Origin: Chrysomallon squamiferum
Taxonomy: Eukaryota > Animalia > Mollusca
Assembly (NCBI GenBank): GCA_012295275.1
Contig: CM022674.1
Coordinates: 5,704,001-5,768,000 of the forward strand
Length of the DNA stretch: 64,000 bases
Direction: 5' to 3'
The notes under the pieces are model-generated. The model saw nothing but the letters and a program-made list of their open reading frames with translations. It made no database searches and was not told the origin of the DNA. Positions 1-27,920 of the stretch are shown piece by piece. Position numbers and translations under genes: made by a program. How positions within the stretch are numbered: position 1 is the first letter of the stretch; each line of letters begins with the position of its first letter.

Positions 1-357
1 ACGACGACGACGATGATGATGATTATTATTATGATTATGATGATGATGATTATTATTATTAATGTTAATTTGTATCTTTATTTACAAAAAAATATTTAGA
101 TATTTAATTTTTAATTTTAATGCAAATTTTAATGTCTACTGGTTAAATAAATTAATAAAAAATATATGCCAATGATTAAATGAAACAAAAAAACCCGATG
201 ATGATAACAACAACAGTAATAATATCGAAACGAAAAAAAAAAAAAATAATAATAATAAAGAACAATATCAAAAATAACAATAATAATAACAGTAAAAACG
301 ACGACGACGAACACAGTAATAAATAAATAAATAAATAAATAAATACACAAAGCATAC

Positions 358-523
358 TTCCACATTTCCCACATGTATGAGGACAGAGGCGCTGCCAGTA
401 CAAGCTATCACACCATGCCATTGCGCAACTCCGGTTTTCTTCCGTTTCCTTGCCAACGCAGTCAACTGAAAAACAAAATGGCGTCCATTTGCAACGGATT
501 GTGGCCCCCATGTAATAACCGTA

Positions 524-566
<43 letters not shown>

Positions 567-1376
567 CACAATTTAAATGAATAATAATAATAATAATAAT
601 ACATTGTTAGGAATAAATATATCTAGTACATTAATGGACCTGCCCCCATTCTAAGTTCTTAATCCGTGCTTGTATCTGCTACTAGTTCTTACTACTTCAA
701 TTACCACGCTAATTAGCTGCATCTGACTTAAATAACAACCGTTAAGCAAACATTTTTTTGTTACAGATCTGTTGCATTTATATGATTTACTAAAACATCG
801 TAACTAAATATGCACCACTAATGAAATGGCAGACGTGATAAACAACGAAAGTAAACGTCATTAGTACTGATGACATCATATAACTGTTTCGTCACTAAGC
901 TCCAGACTATTTCAATTCTTGTTCACATTTTTAGCCCCTTTCCCTCTCTACATCCGAGTCTATCTCTTGTATATCTACATTATATATCAGGGCGTTTTCA
1001 CTACAGGATGGAGGAAATTAAGAAAATGAAATGAAGTGTTTAACATAGCTGATGATGATCACACTAGGTATTTAACGTGAGTAAATTCGGCCTAATTATT
1101 TGAGAAACCCACAACAGGTAAGAAGAAATTTTATTCTTTGAAAAATAGATTGTAAGTCATTAATGAAAAGGGTAATATATATTTTGATTTCTTTCTTCAA
1201 GGACTGTAGGTAGAAATGCTGTTATATATATTACAATATAAACGAATAATTTAAAAAAAAAATGATAATGATAATAAGTAAATAACTATTTAATCAAAAT
1301 AAATTTTAAAAATAATTAATGATGACAAACAAACAAACAAATAAATAACAAAAAATTAAAACAATAATAAATAATG

Positions 1377-1426
<50 letters not shown>

Positions 1427-1807
1427 CATATCAAATTAATTAATTAATTAATTAAATTAAACAAACAAGCAAAATGAATATATCGTTCTTCCTGATTTTA
1501 ATCATTAGACTGTCAGAGATGAAACCACACTTACATTCATTTCTTGCACAGTAGCAGTTAGTTTGATAGAGAGTAGTACCAATAGGACACGTCTTTTCTC
1601 CACAGGCACTGGGTGTGGTCGGCTTTGTTACATTAACTGAAAAAATCAAAGAATATTGAAATGAACTGCTTCTGCATTTTCAAGTTTAAATATCAAGTGA
1701 CTACGTAATGATAAAAATTTAAAAATAATTATAATGAAAAAATATATAGATAATTATTATCATCCTATAAATGCTATGATTTTCTTCTTGTTCTTGTTCT
1801 TGTTCTT

Positions 1808-1838
<31 letters not shown>

Positions 1839-2345
1839 TTATTATTATTTGTTGATAAGAAAAGACCTATTGTGATAAATAACAAAATTTAACGGCTAAC
1901 AATTTATCTCGTTTGTTTATATTTAATCATGATTACCAATTGCAATCATATACTTTAAAAAAAAAGAAGAAAAAAAAAAGAAAGAAACGAAAAGAAAAGA
2001 AATAAAAAATATCCAGAAGAACACATTAATATATATATAAATATACACACACACACACACACATTCATACATAAATACTATATGTATATTATAAAATATA
2101 AATGTAAAAAGATCGAAAATATTATATATAATTTAAAAAAAAAAGAAACAAAACTATAAATTAAAGAATTTCTCAAATATAACAAAATTAAAACAAAATT
2201 TAAATTACCAACTATTTCACATCTTTCACCCTGGAAGCCAGGCGGGCACATGCACGTGCAAGGCACGGAATTTACCGATCCGCCATTTTCACATTTTATG
2301 AAGCAGGCTGAAATGAAAGTTTGTTTTCTTTATTATTACTATAAC

Positions 2346-2383
<38 letters not shown>

Positions 2384-2429
2384 GTGATAATACTACTAGC
2401 AGCAGTAGTAATAGTAATATTGTAGTAGC

Positions 2430-2460
<31 letters not shown>

Positions 2461-3076
2461 ATAGTAGTAGTAGTAGTAGTAGTAAGAATAGTCCACTAAT
2501 TTAGTAATGTGTAACTATGTGCGTATGTACAAACACATATCTACATTATTAATTAATTAATTTATTAGTTTGTTCGTTTATTTATTTGATGGCTGTTCTT
2601 TGTTTGTTGTTGTTGTTTTTTTTTTTTTTTTTTTTTTATATATTTATTTTGGTCGCCATTGTCGAGGCATCTATTGTTTGTCTCTGTGTCCAAGTCTGTA
2701 GTTTCTGAGTCTGTATCTCACTTTCTGGACAAAGTCCGCAGTAGAATGCGCAATATTCTGGAGCCCAGTTGACAAACTGTTTACAAGCGTTTTTGTTTTC
2801 CTTTCTGTGACAGCTGCTGAAATCCTGGTTTTCCTTGGGACAGATTCCTGGAAAAAAAAAAAAATAAAAAAATAAATAATAAAATAACAATAATAATAAT
2901 AATAAATAAATAAATTAATAAATAAAAGTAATAAAAATAAAATAAAATAAAGCAGAGCAAAACAAAGTAAAAAATAAAGAATAAAACTAACAATACACTT
3001 GTGATAAATATAAAATTCGTACAAAATTATTTTTCTTCTTCTTCTTCTTCTTCTTCTTATTATTATTATTATTATT

Positions 3077-3111
<35 letters not shown>

Positions 3112-3163
3112 TATTATTATTATTTTTTCTTTGTATTTGTTTTGTCTTTCTTTCTATTTTTCT

Positions 3164-3219
<56 letters not shown>

Positions 3220-3225
3220 ATTCAT

Positions 3226-3265
<40 letters not shown>

Positions 3266-4258
3266 GTATACTTACGTGTTTCACACTGGTCTCCCACGTA
3301 CAGGGAATAACACAGACACGTGCATGACTGAATGTCAAACGTTCCTCCATTGAAACACACCCTGCCTTTACAGTCTGCAAGTAATAATAATATTAACACA
3401 ACAACAACAACAACTACAACAACTACTATAGCAATAACAATAAAGTAATAAAAATAACAGTAATAAAAATAATAATAATAATAACAACAACAGTATCAGT
3501 AGCAGTAGTAGCAGTAGTAGTAGTAGTAGTAGTAGAGTAGTAGTAATAGTAAAAGAAGTGCTGGTAGTAATAATGGTAATAGCAACAAAAGTAACAACAA
3601 TAATATTACAACAACTACAACTATAGCAATAACAATAAAAATTACAAAAACAGTAATAAAAATAATAATAATAACAACGACAGTATCAGTATCAGTAGTA
3701 ATAGTAGTAGCAGTAGTAGTAGTAGTAGTAGTAAAAGAAGTGCTGGTAGTAATAATGACAATAACAACAAAAGTAACAACAATAATATTACAATAACAAT
3801 AATAATAATACTAATAACAACAACAGCAACAATAATAATAGTAATAATAATAGTTTAATACAGCAAAAATTACTAAAAAAGTATTAATTAATAAATAATT
3901 TTGAAAAGAAAACAGTTGAAGAATAATTAGATAAATTATATTAATAAATAAATACTTTTTCAAATGAATAATGATAATTATGTAAACAAAAATAAGTAAT
4001 GTAATAAATAAAATAAAATAAAATAAAATAAAATAAAATAAATGAAAATAATATATAATATAAACAAAACAAACAAATGAATAAATAAATAAGAATAAAA
4101 AGTAAAGAGGCAAAATTAAATTTCATTTAGAGAAAAAAGAAATTCAAATAAAGACAAGAGTTTCAGAATTCACCGCATAAATTTTCTTCCTTTGTAGAAC
4201 AAGTGTTACAGAATGACCCAGTACAATAAGGCTTTTTCACCTGAACGTCTGTCTGGCT

Positions 4259-4338
<80 letters not shown>

Positions 4339-4607
4339 CATAATAATAACAATAACAACAACAACAACAGCATCAATAACAATTACTAATGTAATTATTC
4401 CTTACTACTGATGTACTACAACTACTACTACTACTACTGCTATTACTATTACTACTACTACTACTAATGTAGTAATGCTACTGCTACTACTACTACTACT
4501 ACAACTGTTACTACTATTCCTATTACTGCTATTATTACCATTACATATATTAATTCTACTACTGCTCTACTACTACTCTTTTTTTTTTTTTTTTTTTTTT
4601 TTGTAGG

Positions 4608-4659
<52 letters not shown>

Positions 4660-4905
4660 TAAGAATTTATTTTGAACATAAGCACTGCATTATAATATAA
4701 AGTTATTATTTCAGAACTGCTATACATATATGTTTGTAAACTGAGATAAAGAGATAGTTTTGTGTAATTACCCTGTTGCGTAGTTACACGCGTACACTGT
4801 TTTGTACTTGTTTATTTTGCCTGTGCAGTCTGCCTTCGCGCAGCCAACCCTTGATGCGGTTGCTAGGACAACCTGCAAGCAGTAAATGATTGGCTGTTTT
4901 AAATA

Positions 4906-4959
<54 letters not shown>

Positions 4960-5137
4960 AAATAAATAAATAAATAAACTTTTCCTGTATGCACTTATAA
5001 TTTGAAATAAATAAAACATTAAACGTAGGCCTATATCTTCGATAATTCCATTTTCATTAAAATTCTTCTTGTTTTATTATCCTCATTATTATTGTTGTTC
5101 TTGTTGTTCTTGTTATTATTATTTAATTAATTAATTA

Positions 5138-5186
<49 letters not shown>

Positions 5187-6727
5187 TTATGTGTATGTTC
5201 GTTTGTTCGTTTAACTGAATTATATGAAAGAGCGGATTATCAATAAACAGACAAGGAACATAACTAAAGTACGTTTTATGTAAATTGGAGTTATCTCCCT
5301 TGCGAATTTAAAGTTTTATAGATTTACTGTTTAAATAGTTGCAAGAGATAGAATACGCAATATATCTACTTAAATAATTTAGAAACCAAATAAAGTGATA
5401 CTAAACTAAATGTTGATTAAATATAATTATAAGAATAAAGTATAATAAAAATAAAAACCCATAAACAAATCGAAATAGAATTTTTAACAAACTGAAAATT
5501 GAAAAAGACAAACCAAATAAAACCGATGAAATAAATAATTAATAAATAAATTCGTCTGTGAAATTAATACGACAATAAAAAAGTAAATAAAATAAAAATG
5601 AAAATAAAATACATTTGAAAAAATAAAACAAAGTAAAAAACGAAAATAAAAACAAAACAGAAACGAAACGAAACAAAATGAAACAAAATTAAATTAAATA
5701 ATAGATATCAATAATTTTAAAATAAATAAATAAACAAATACATGACTAAAATAAAATAAAATAATAGATATCAATAATTTTAAAATAAATAAATGAATAA
5801 ATAAATACATGACTAAAATAAAATAAAATAATAAATATCAATAATTTTAAAATAAATAAATAAATGAATAAATACATAAAATAAAACAAAATTTAAATAC
5901 TGTGACTGAGTAAAATCACCGACTGTTCAAAATAAATAAAATAAAATAAGATAAAATAAAATGAGATTCAAAATACTCTGCCTGACTAAAATGGCCGACT
6001 GTTGTTGCTCCGTTTACTGCCCCTATTCCATACTCGAAATCTTTTATTTCGGAGAACCAAGCGTCCACACAGGTGTAGAAATCGACGTATCCATAGCCCA
6101 GGTTCTGTCCCACGCTAACACCAGGGAGGCCTGTTTTAATTACACGTGTTTAATTAGGGAGTGGTGCAGAAATTATTAAAAATTGCACACAGGAGATACT
6201 GAACGTTTGGTAACGTATTTGTTACTGTTAAAGATTGGTCCGCTTAAAATGTTATAAGTGTTTGTATAGAGTACTATTCAGTGTTTAAGTTGTTAAATAT
6301 TTCTTGTTTTTGGGTGCCTTCAGCAATTATCTCAAAAAAAAATAATAATAAAATAAAATAAAATAAATAAATAAATAAATTTTAATTATGTTTAATATCT
6401 AGACTACCAAATAATTAAATAAAATAAACCAATTAATAAAGAAAACAAACAAACAATTAAATAAATAAATAAATAAATAAACAACCAAACAAACATAAGG
6501 CAAATAACCAATTTTGTTGATATATGCATAACTAAAATAAACAACTAACTAATTAAAAACAACCATTCAGTTAACTATTTTAACTGTTAACTAAACAAAC
6601 GTAACTAATTAAACGGGGAGACTTCACAACCAATTAACTAATTAATGAACTTTTCATTATGTTTGCTATCTAACTAACCAACTAACTAACTAACCAACCA
6701 ACTAACTAACCAACTAACTAACTAACC

Positions 6728-6790
<63 letters not shown>

Positions 6791-6823
6791 CAACTAACCA
6801 ACTAACCAACCAACCAACCAACC

Positions 6824-6862
<39 letters not shown>

Positions 6863-7612
6863 CAACTAACTAAACTAACTAACTAAACAACTAACTAATG
6901 AACCATCTAACCAACTAACCAATAACTAACTAACCAACTAACCAACTAACCAACTAACTAACCAACTAACCAACCAACTAACTAACTAACTAACCAACTA
7001 ACCAACTAACCAACTAACTAACCAACCAACCAACCAACTAACCAACCAACCAACCAACTAACCAACTAACCAACTAACCAATTAACCAACCAACTAACCA
7101 ACTAACCAACTAACCAACCAACCAACCAACCAACCAACCAACCAACTAACTAACTAACCAACTAACCAACTAAATAACTAACCACCTAACTAACTAACTA
7201 ACTAACTAACTAACCAACCAACTAACTAACTAACTAACTAACCAACTAACTAACTAACTAACTAATTTACTTACTGTTAGCTAAACGGTTTTCAGTTTCA
7301 TCGTGCTCGTGTAGACACTGCGCAGCCCATTTTGCTGCAATGGCCGCCAGCTCGTCATCCCAGTACTGAAACAACAAAGCGACGTACTTAACGACGGACG
7401 GACGATAAGATTGATTAGAACGTCCCGGAACCCATCCCTGGCGATCCCAGAGATCGGATCCGTGATAGGCGTGCCCGAACCTTGAATTGGACGTGGGCAC
7501 GTAAAAAGAGTTAGAACAGAACATAGAACGTAAAGGAAGAATAATAAATAGTACGGGACTATTATAATCATTATCTATATCAGTATAATTATTGTTGAGT
7601 TATGATCACAGC

Positions 7613-7661
<49 letters not shown>

Positions 7662-8795
7662 TGTTGTTGTTGTTATTATTATAGTTGTTGTTGTTGTTTG
7701 TTTGTTTTATTAGCAGCGATAGTAGTAGAGATAGCAGGAGAAGAAGCAGCAGCAGAAATAGTAGCAGCAATAATAACAACAGTAATAGTAAGTAGTAATA
7801 GTAATAGTAATATCAGTAGTGGTCGTAATAGCAGTAGTTGTAGCAGCAGTCGTTATGGCAGTAGTAGTAGTAGCAGCAGCAGTAGTTGTAGTAGTAGCAG
7901 TAGTAGTAACAGTAATAGTGGTAGCAGTAACAGTAGTTGTAATAGTAGTTGTTGTTGTAGTAGTAGGAGCAGCGGAAGTAACAGTAGTAGTAACAGTAAT
8001 AGTGGTAGGAGTAACAGTAGTAGTGTTAGTTGATGTAGTAGTAATAGCAATAGTAATAGTAGTACCAGCAGTAGTAGCAGAAGTAGCAGCAGGAGTAGTA
8101 AAAGAAACAGCAGTAGCAGTAGCAGTAGTAGCAACAGTAACAGAAGCAATATTCTCACTTTTGGAATCATTTTTATTTCACTGCGTGATCTGCGCTAAGT
8201 TAACATTATCGAAGATAACAAGCGATTTAATGAACTGCAACCACATGAAAGATGTTACCATCTTCTGCATGTCCTTGGCTGGGGGGTTGACCCCGCCTCT
8301 CAGTTTGTTATGTTGTTTCACCAGAGCCTCTTTCAGTTCGTTCGTTAAGGGTATGTTCCTACCCCGATCTGTCAGACACATGGAATGAGTCTTCGGGTAG
8401 TCGGAACATGTCTGTAATTTAAATCAACCAAGAAATCTCTCTCTCTGTATATATACACATATATACACATAGACACATATACACACATACATATATGACA
8501 ACATCGATACACACACCTATGTATATGACAGTGTGTGTGTGAGTTATGTATGTGTGTACGCATATAAAATTATGTTTGTATATATATTTATATATTTGTT
8601 AATCTAAACAAGTCTGTAAATTTAAATCAACCAAGAAATCAACACACACATACATACATACATACACACAACACACACGAATATGACCATTAATCTGAAC
8701 ACGTGATTAAATTTAAACAACTACGAAATATATATACACACACACACACATACACACATGTACACGTATATGAGAGTGTATGTTATGTATATATG

Positions 8796-8826
<31 letters not shown>

Positions 8827-9955
8827 GTCTGTGTATGTGTGTGTATGTGTGTGTGTGTGTGAATTCATATGTATCTATGCACTGAACATATTTATATACT
8901 AATATCAACACGCGTGTGCGCAACCTTTAATTAAAAGTAGCTTTTATAATTAATTTGATTTTCTATTTAAAAAATTATTAAAAATATACTGTTTTTTTTA
9001 TAAATAATGCTCAAATATACGCGTACCAAAATAAATAAATAAATATATATATATGTATATATATTATTTTTTATTAATTTAAAATCTGTTATGTAATAGT
9101 ACCCATCGTTAGTAACGTCTTCTGTTTAATAAAGGTAAACTAAAGCAGATTTACGATCAGTCAAGGGAGGTAATTAAATAAAACAAAAACACTTACGTAA
9201 GTTTTTTTCCCCTGAATCGGTGGCTTTGTATTTTGATCTGAAATAAAATAATTTATAAAATTTATTAAAATGTTTAACATATATATATATATATATTGTT
9301 TTGTTTTGATTTTTTGAGGGAGATTTGTTGCTTTTTTTTTTTTAAATTTATTATTATTATTTTGTATGCAGCTGGCGTGAATGGGTGTTTTAAGAAAAGT
9401 CGGAAATCGATGTCAGTTTGAAATGAAGTAAGTTTTATTATTAGAAAGAAAAACAACAATACTGATGTCAGAGATGGAGGGCGATCATAAATTTCATTAT
9501 GTTCACATCCTGGGAAATTAATGAAAGACGATTCTGATAAATCTACCAATTAAAATAAACACTTTAGCATTATCATCCATATTAAATAGAGAGTAAATAA
9601 ATAAGTAAATACAGAGCAGCAACAACAACAGTCAATAATAATAATAAACAATGAAAAGTAAAAAAAAAAAAAGAAGAAAAATGAAGAAAGAAAGAAGGGA
9701 AGAAAAATATCTGTTTCAGAATCTTGCTTTTGGGCATTAAACTTAAAACCAGACCATCGACATTTTATTTTATTTATTTTATTTTATTTATTTTATTTTA
9801 TTTTTATTTTTATTTTTTTTTTTTTTTTAATATTCAGATAATTTTTAAAATAACATTTTAGTAATAAATCATTTTTACCTACCTGATGTCGAAAAGGAAT
9901 ATTCAGGAACGAGGCAGAAAAAGAGCAAAAAATCCAACAGCCCAAATCGCCACAT
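358..9955 (-). CDS. Secreted CAP/CRISP (SCP/antigen 5) protein with C-terminal EGF-ShKT-EGF-Cys-rich-ShKT modules; 12 exons visible, probably 3'-partial
   Basis: Exons (minus strand): 9955-9883, 9237-9197, 8411-8259, 7365-7275, 6130-5982, 4872-4772, 4256-4174, 3374-3276, 2847-2722, 2307-2209, 1636-1535, 465-358. All phases join in frame (~408 codons). Signal peptide MWRFGLLDFLLFFCLVPEYSFS. CAP motifs HNKLR..VNPPAKDMQKM-YWDDELA..A.KWA..C, GQNL, WFSE, GHFSQVV, RVGCA..DC and YACNY. EGF-like CFNGG...CTCLC...GDQCE and CENGG...CTCMCPPGFQGERCE. ShKT-like C..YCAFYCGLC and LCPHTCGKC. The last visible exon ends at a GTATGC donor with no stop codon. Confidence 0.9.
3417..3792. repeat. Imperfect tandem duplication (~190 bp x2) of a compound microsatellite in a CAP-gene intron
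   Basis: The block ...cagtatcagta(gta)n..aaaagaagtgctggtagtaataatg..aacaaaagtaacaacaataatattacaa occurs twice. Confidence 0.7.
5700..5870. repeat. AT-rich ~65-bp tandem repeat x3
   Basis: ata(g/a)atatcaataattttaaaataaataaa recurs at ~5701, ~5764 and ~5831. Confidence 0.65.
6670..7266. repeat. ~600-bp (AACT/AACC)n tetranucleotide array next to the CAP exon-4 donor
   Basis: Directly visible mixed aact/aacc array. Confidence 0.9.
7618..8150. repeat. (TAT)n/(GTA)/(GCA) trinucleotide low-complexity block (intronic)
   Basis: Directly visible; it produces the poly-S, poly-V and poly-L pseudo-ORFs in the track. Confidence 0.85.
8612..8640 (-). repeat. Duplicate of the CAP exon-3 splice acceptor region
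   Basis: gtctgtaaatttaaatcaaccaagaaatc matches 8410-8437 gtctgtaatttaaatcaaccaagaaatc, which spans the real acceptor. Confidence 0.75.
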
Positions 9956-10232
9956 CGTTCCGAATTTCTAGCCCCGTTTTACATTTTACAACACTCAAAA
10001 CCGCGTTTCAACAAACCATGTCTATGTTGGGGGCTAATTTTAACGCACATGTGATACCAAGCTAATTATAAAACGAAAACGACGTCTGCAAATACAAGAC
10101 GTGATTAATTACTTGCAAGACCACAGCATTTTCTATTGTTAGTGACACTGAAGGTAAATAAAGGTTGATAAGCAAACTGTTAGTGTTACACACACAAAAA
10201 AGACAGACTATTGTGTTGTTGTGGATATACAG

Positions 10233-10256
10233 TGACGTCATAGTTCTGTCTCATTG

Positions 10257-10292
<36 letters not shown>

Positions 10293-10469
10293 TAATAAAG
10301 AAAATGTTTGTTCTGTATTCAAAATCTCACAGGTGCTTCGTTTTTATTATATCCCCTCTGGGTAAAATATAACGGAACTTAGTATTTTCCTTTTTAGACA
10401 TTTGAGACAGATAGTTATAACCATTGACACTTCTGTAACGTCATTTTGACACCTTCAATTATGACGTCA
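10233..10469. promoter_or_regulatory. Two full CRE palindromes (TGACGTCA) upstream of the CAP gene
   Basis: TGACGTCA at 10233-10240 and 10462-10469, ~280 and ~510 nt upstream of the ATG at 9955. Function is inferred. Confidence 0.4.
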
Positions 10470-10684
10470 TAGTGATGCTTAGTTATCTGGACTGGTAATT
10501 GTTTCGTTTATTAATAGTTGTATTATTTATTTATTTATTTATTTATGTTTTGCACACACAACTCGCGTGCATTTATAAAAACAAACACTTGCATTCAGAT
10601 AAAAAATACATTCACAAATATGTATAAAATACATCTTCTGATTTTTAAAAAAGTGCCTCTCATTTTGAAACGATTATCAGCTTT

Positions 10685-10764
<80 letters not shown>

Positions 10765-12123
10765 AAACTGTGATTTCGTGTAGACTGTGAATCTCAGCTG
10801 GATGATGACAAAAAGGTCCTATCCCTTCATCCCTCCACGAGGTTCTGCTCGAGACTTCCAAACTCTTATAAACCCACTCAGCTAGAACTCGTCTTTCGCT
10901 GTTGAGTTCCCCCTGCATCATACTGCTTTGTGGCGCAACATAGCTCGGTGGGAACTCTATTATCATGTTCAACGACGGAGAATCGATGGCTATTTCATTC
11001 TCAGGGTTCCTTTTTGCTCCGTAAATGTTATATACATGTCGCGTTTTATAAGAACCCATTAGAATAATTAAAGTCGTTCAGTGTGGCAAACCGTGCGTTA
11101 AACTGTCATTCTTTTGTGCACTTCCGTTTGGCTTCTGCCATTATTCTGATGACCTAACTGACGCCGTTATATCATTAGGGCGGGGTTATATCTGGGAGGC
11201 GTAAACTGTGCAATAACAGACTGACGGAAACTTCAATTCATATTTCCTTTGTTGGAACACCAGAAGTAGATAACTGGTCTGCGAATGAACGAGTGAATGA
11301 CCAAATTGATGTTAACGGCTACTAGATTCAATTATTGTTATTCCTGAAGCCTAGGGGCCTGATCATGGGGGTCAGTATGGACAAAGGCTGGACGTCACGA
11401 ATGCTTCAAACATTACCTGCAATTGGATAAAATTTAAATGTAGCCATATATTTACAGTGTGTATTTATCTTAATTTTACACGTATTACGTGATATTGTTT
11501 GAATTAAGTCTTAGAAAATAACAATAGCGTGTTTCGAACAGGTGCAAAATAAATAATTATACAAAAACACATGTATAAATATTATATATACACACATGCA
11601 TACATCATTTATTATATACATATAATAATGTATATATTATAGACATACATACATATATACATATACAGAGAGACAGAGATAGAGAGAACATTATCAGCTC
11701 TGTCTTTAACATCAGTACTTTCTATATGTAAATCGGCTTCACGGATACGAACTCACAAACTTAGACATTACCATCTACACCTAATGATTCACAAAAAAAA
11801 CCCATACAATCTGTGCTTTGTCCTTTTTCTAAAATCTGCTTCTTTATTTTTTTTTTCTTCCCCCCCACCCCATACTCCAGTTCTCGAGTGAAAGTATTGA
11901 ATATTTTCGAGAAAAAATTGATTTAAATCGCAGTCGTTACGATTCGCTGCTTCAGCAAAGTAAATTACACAGGACTCGGTTCCACTCTGTTACATCGCGT
12001 GCCACTTGATTTAACCCTTTCTAGCCCAGCTCACGTATCGGCGCTCGCTCTTAATGGGGACTCGTCAATGACAAGAGATATATTTAAATATATTTAACTC
12101 ACTATCGTTCACGAGAGGTTGAT

Positions 12124-12202
<79 letters not shown>

Positions 12203-12279
12203 ATTATTATTATTATTATTATATTTTTTACTATTAATTAATTAGAGATAATTATTGAAATTTAAAAAAAATATATATT

Positions 12280-12314
<35 letters not shown>

Positions 12315-12350
12315 TATTGTTATTATTATTTATTATTATTTATTTATTTT

Positions 12351-12381
<31 letters not shown>

Positions 12382-12500
12382 TTTATTTTATTTTATTTTA
12401 TTTTATTTATTAGAGTGGAAGAGCCACAAATGATGAAATGGACTCGGGCAGTGGGATATATATATATATTTATGTATGTATATATATGTGTGTATGTATA

Positions 12501-12539
<39 letters not shown>

Positions 12540-12750
12540 TCTGATTTTATTCTGCAGTGAACATATTGTTTTAATAATATTAAATATACAACATTCTCTG
12601 AATGTGAATGAAAATTAAATTCACAATCTGTAAAAGACATGCACATTTCTTACACTGCAAATAATAGTTTGTAGATTTAACACAGCACTGGTTTAGTCAG
12701 AGCCAGAAAAGTGACCGAGTTTAATCAAAGACAAAACGTAAAAATATTAA

Positions 12751-12785
<35 letters not shown>

Positions 12786-13020
12786 TAAAAAATAATTGTA
12801 GTAAAATATATCTCTCAAACAAACAAACACACACACACACGCTATTTTTCAGTATGATTACTTCTGTAAATCTTTAATTTACGAAAACAGTTTGAAATCA
12901 TCGCCTACTGATTTCTGCTAAACCAATTTTTGATAAAAATCATCGTCTGCTTGTAATTTTCTTTCCACCTCAAGCAGTGAATGAAGCCTTGTGTAGCGTT
13001 GAAGGACATGTGTCCCAAAG

Positions 13021-13808
13021 TGACGTCAGCACTGACACCATTACAAACACGGTCATCAATACTAGTTTCGAGAGGGGGGCGGCATCCACTGGAATGTTTA
13101 CAACTGGTAAAAAGCAAGGTGACAAGTTACATTAGTAATTCGAATCAAAGCGACATAAACGCAGCGAAAGAGCGCCACACTTGAGCGATCTCGACTGAAA
13201 AAAAAAAAAATCACAACGGTCGAGTTTTAAAACATTTGTTGTCGTCTGGTGTACGACATGTGGCCTACGAACAGCCGGCATGTGCTGGGTACGCGCATGA
13301 CCAGTCGTCTTGAAGTTCGCGCGTGCCATCTGTCAATTTATCGTCTGCAGCAGCCGTCTGCCTTCGCGCCTGCCACCTGACGGAGTAACGGCACTGCAGT
13401 AATTCCCGGGATATTTTCCACGAAGCAGATGTGAGCGGGACTCTAGCAGACGGCGCTGTTTGGGCTTCGTGACAACTTGTCAGCTCAGATTTCTTAATGT
13501 CAATATTCAGTTTGTGTCGACGCGGGTTAGTTATAAGCCGGCGTTCTTGAAGAAGTTTAGTTTTTAAAAAGAAACAAATAATACGGAAACTGGATGCAGT
13601 CGGCGAAAAGGGGGAAAACAAGTAGATAAGCGAGACGATTTTGTTTATATTTAATAATAATAACAAGCTGTTATTGGCACAAATATTTTCAGTCATCGTG
13701 TTTGTTGAAAACGTATTACATTATTTAGAAAAAAAAACGAAAAAGATTGTGGATTAGACGTTTGAAGTGAAATTTATTGTTTGTTTTTCTGTTCAACAAA
13801 GGAACGAA
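13021..13808 (+). promoter_or_regulatory. CpG/GC-rich promoter and 5'UTR region of the type II membrane protein gene
   Basis: Local GC/CpG enrichment directly upstream of the ATG at 13809; CRE at 13021-13028. Confidence 0.5.
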
Positions 13809-27855
<14,047 letters not shown>

Positions 27856-27920
27856 CTCCACACGTAATAACTATAAGCAGAACAAAAAACAAAATATCGC
27901 TCTGACGATTCACACACGTC

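Noticed and set aside
176-357. Hydrophobic C-terminal 'TM' extension of the CAP protein in ORF 176..511
   Set aside because: It arises from read-through of a good GTATGC donor into (TTTA)n/(TTA)n microsatellite; more likely intron.
7602-8388. Long poly-Ser, poly-Val and poly-Leu ORFs
   Set aside because: Translations of trinucleotide low-complexity intron sequence.
13132-13696. Antisense ORFs over the GC-rich promoter region
   Set aside because: Expected by chance in GC-rich sequence; no homology recognised.
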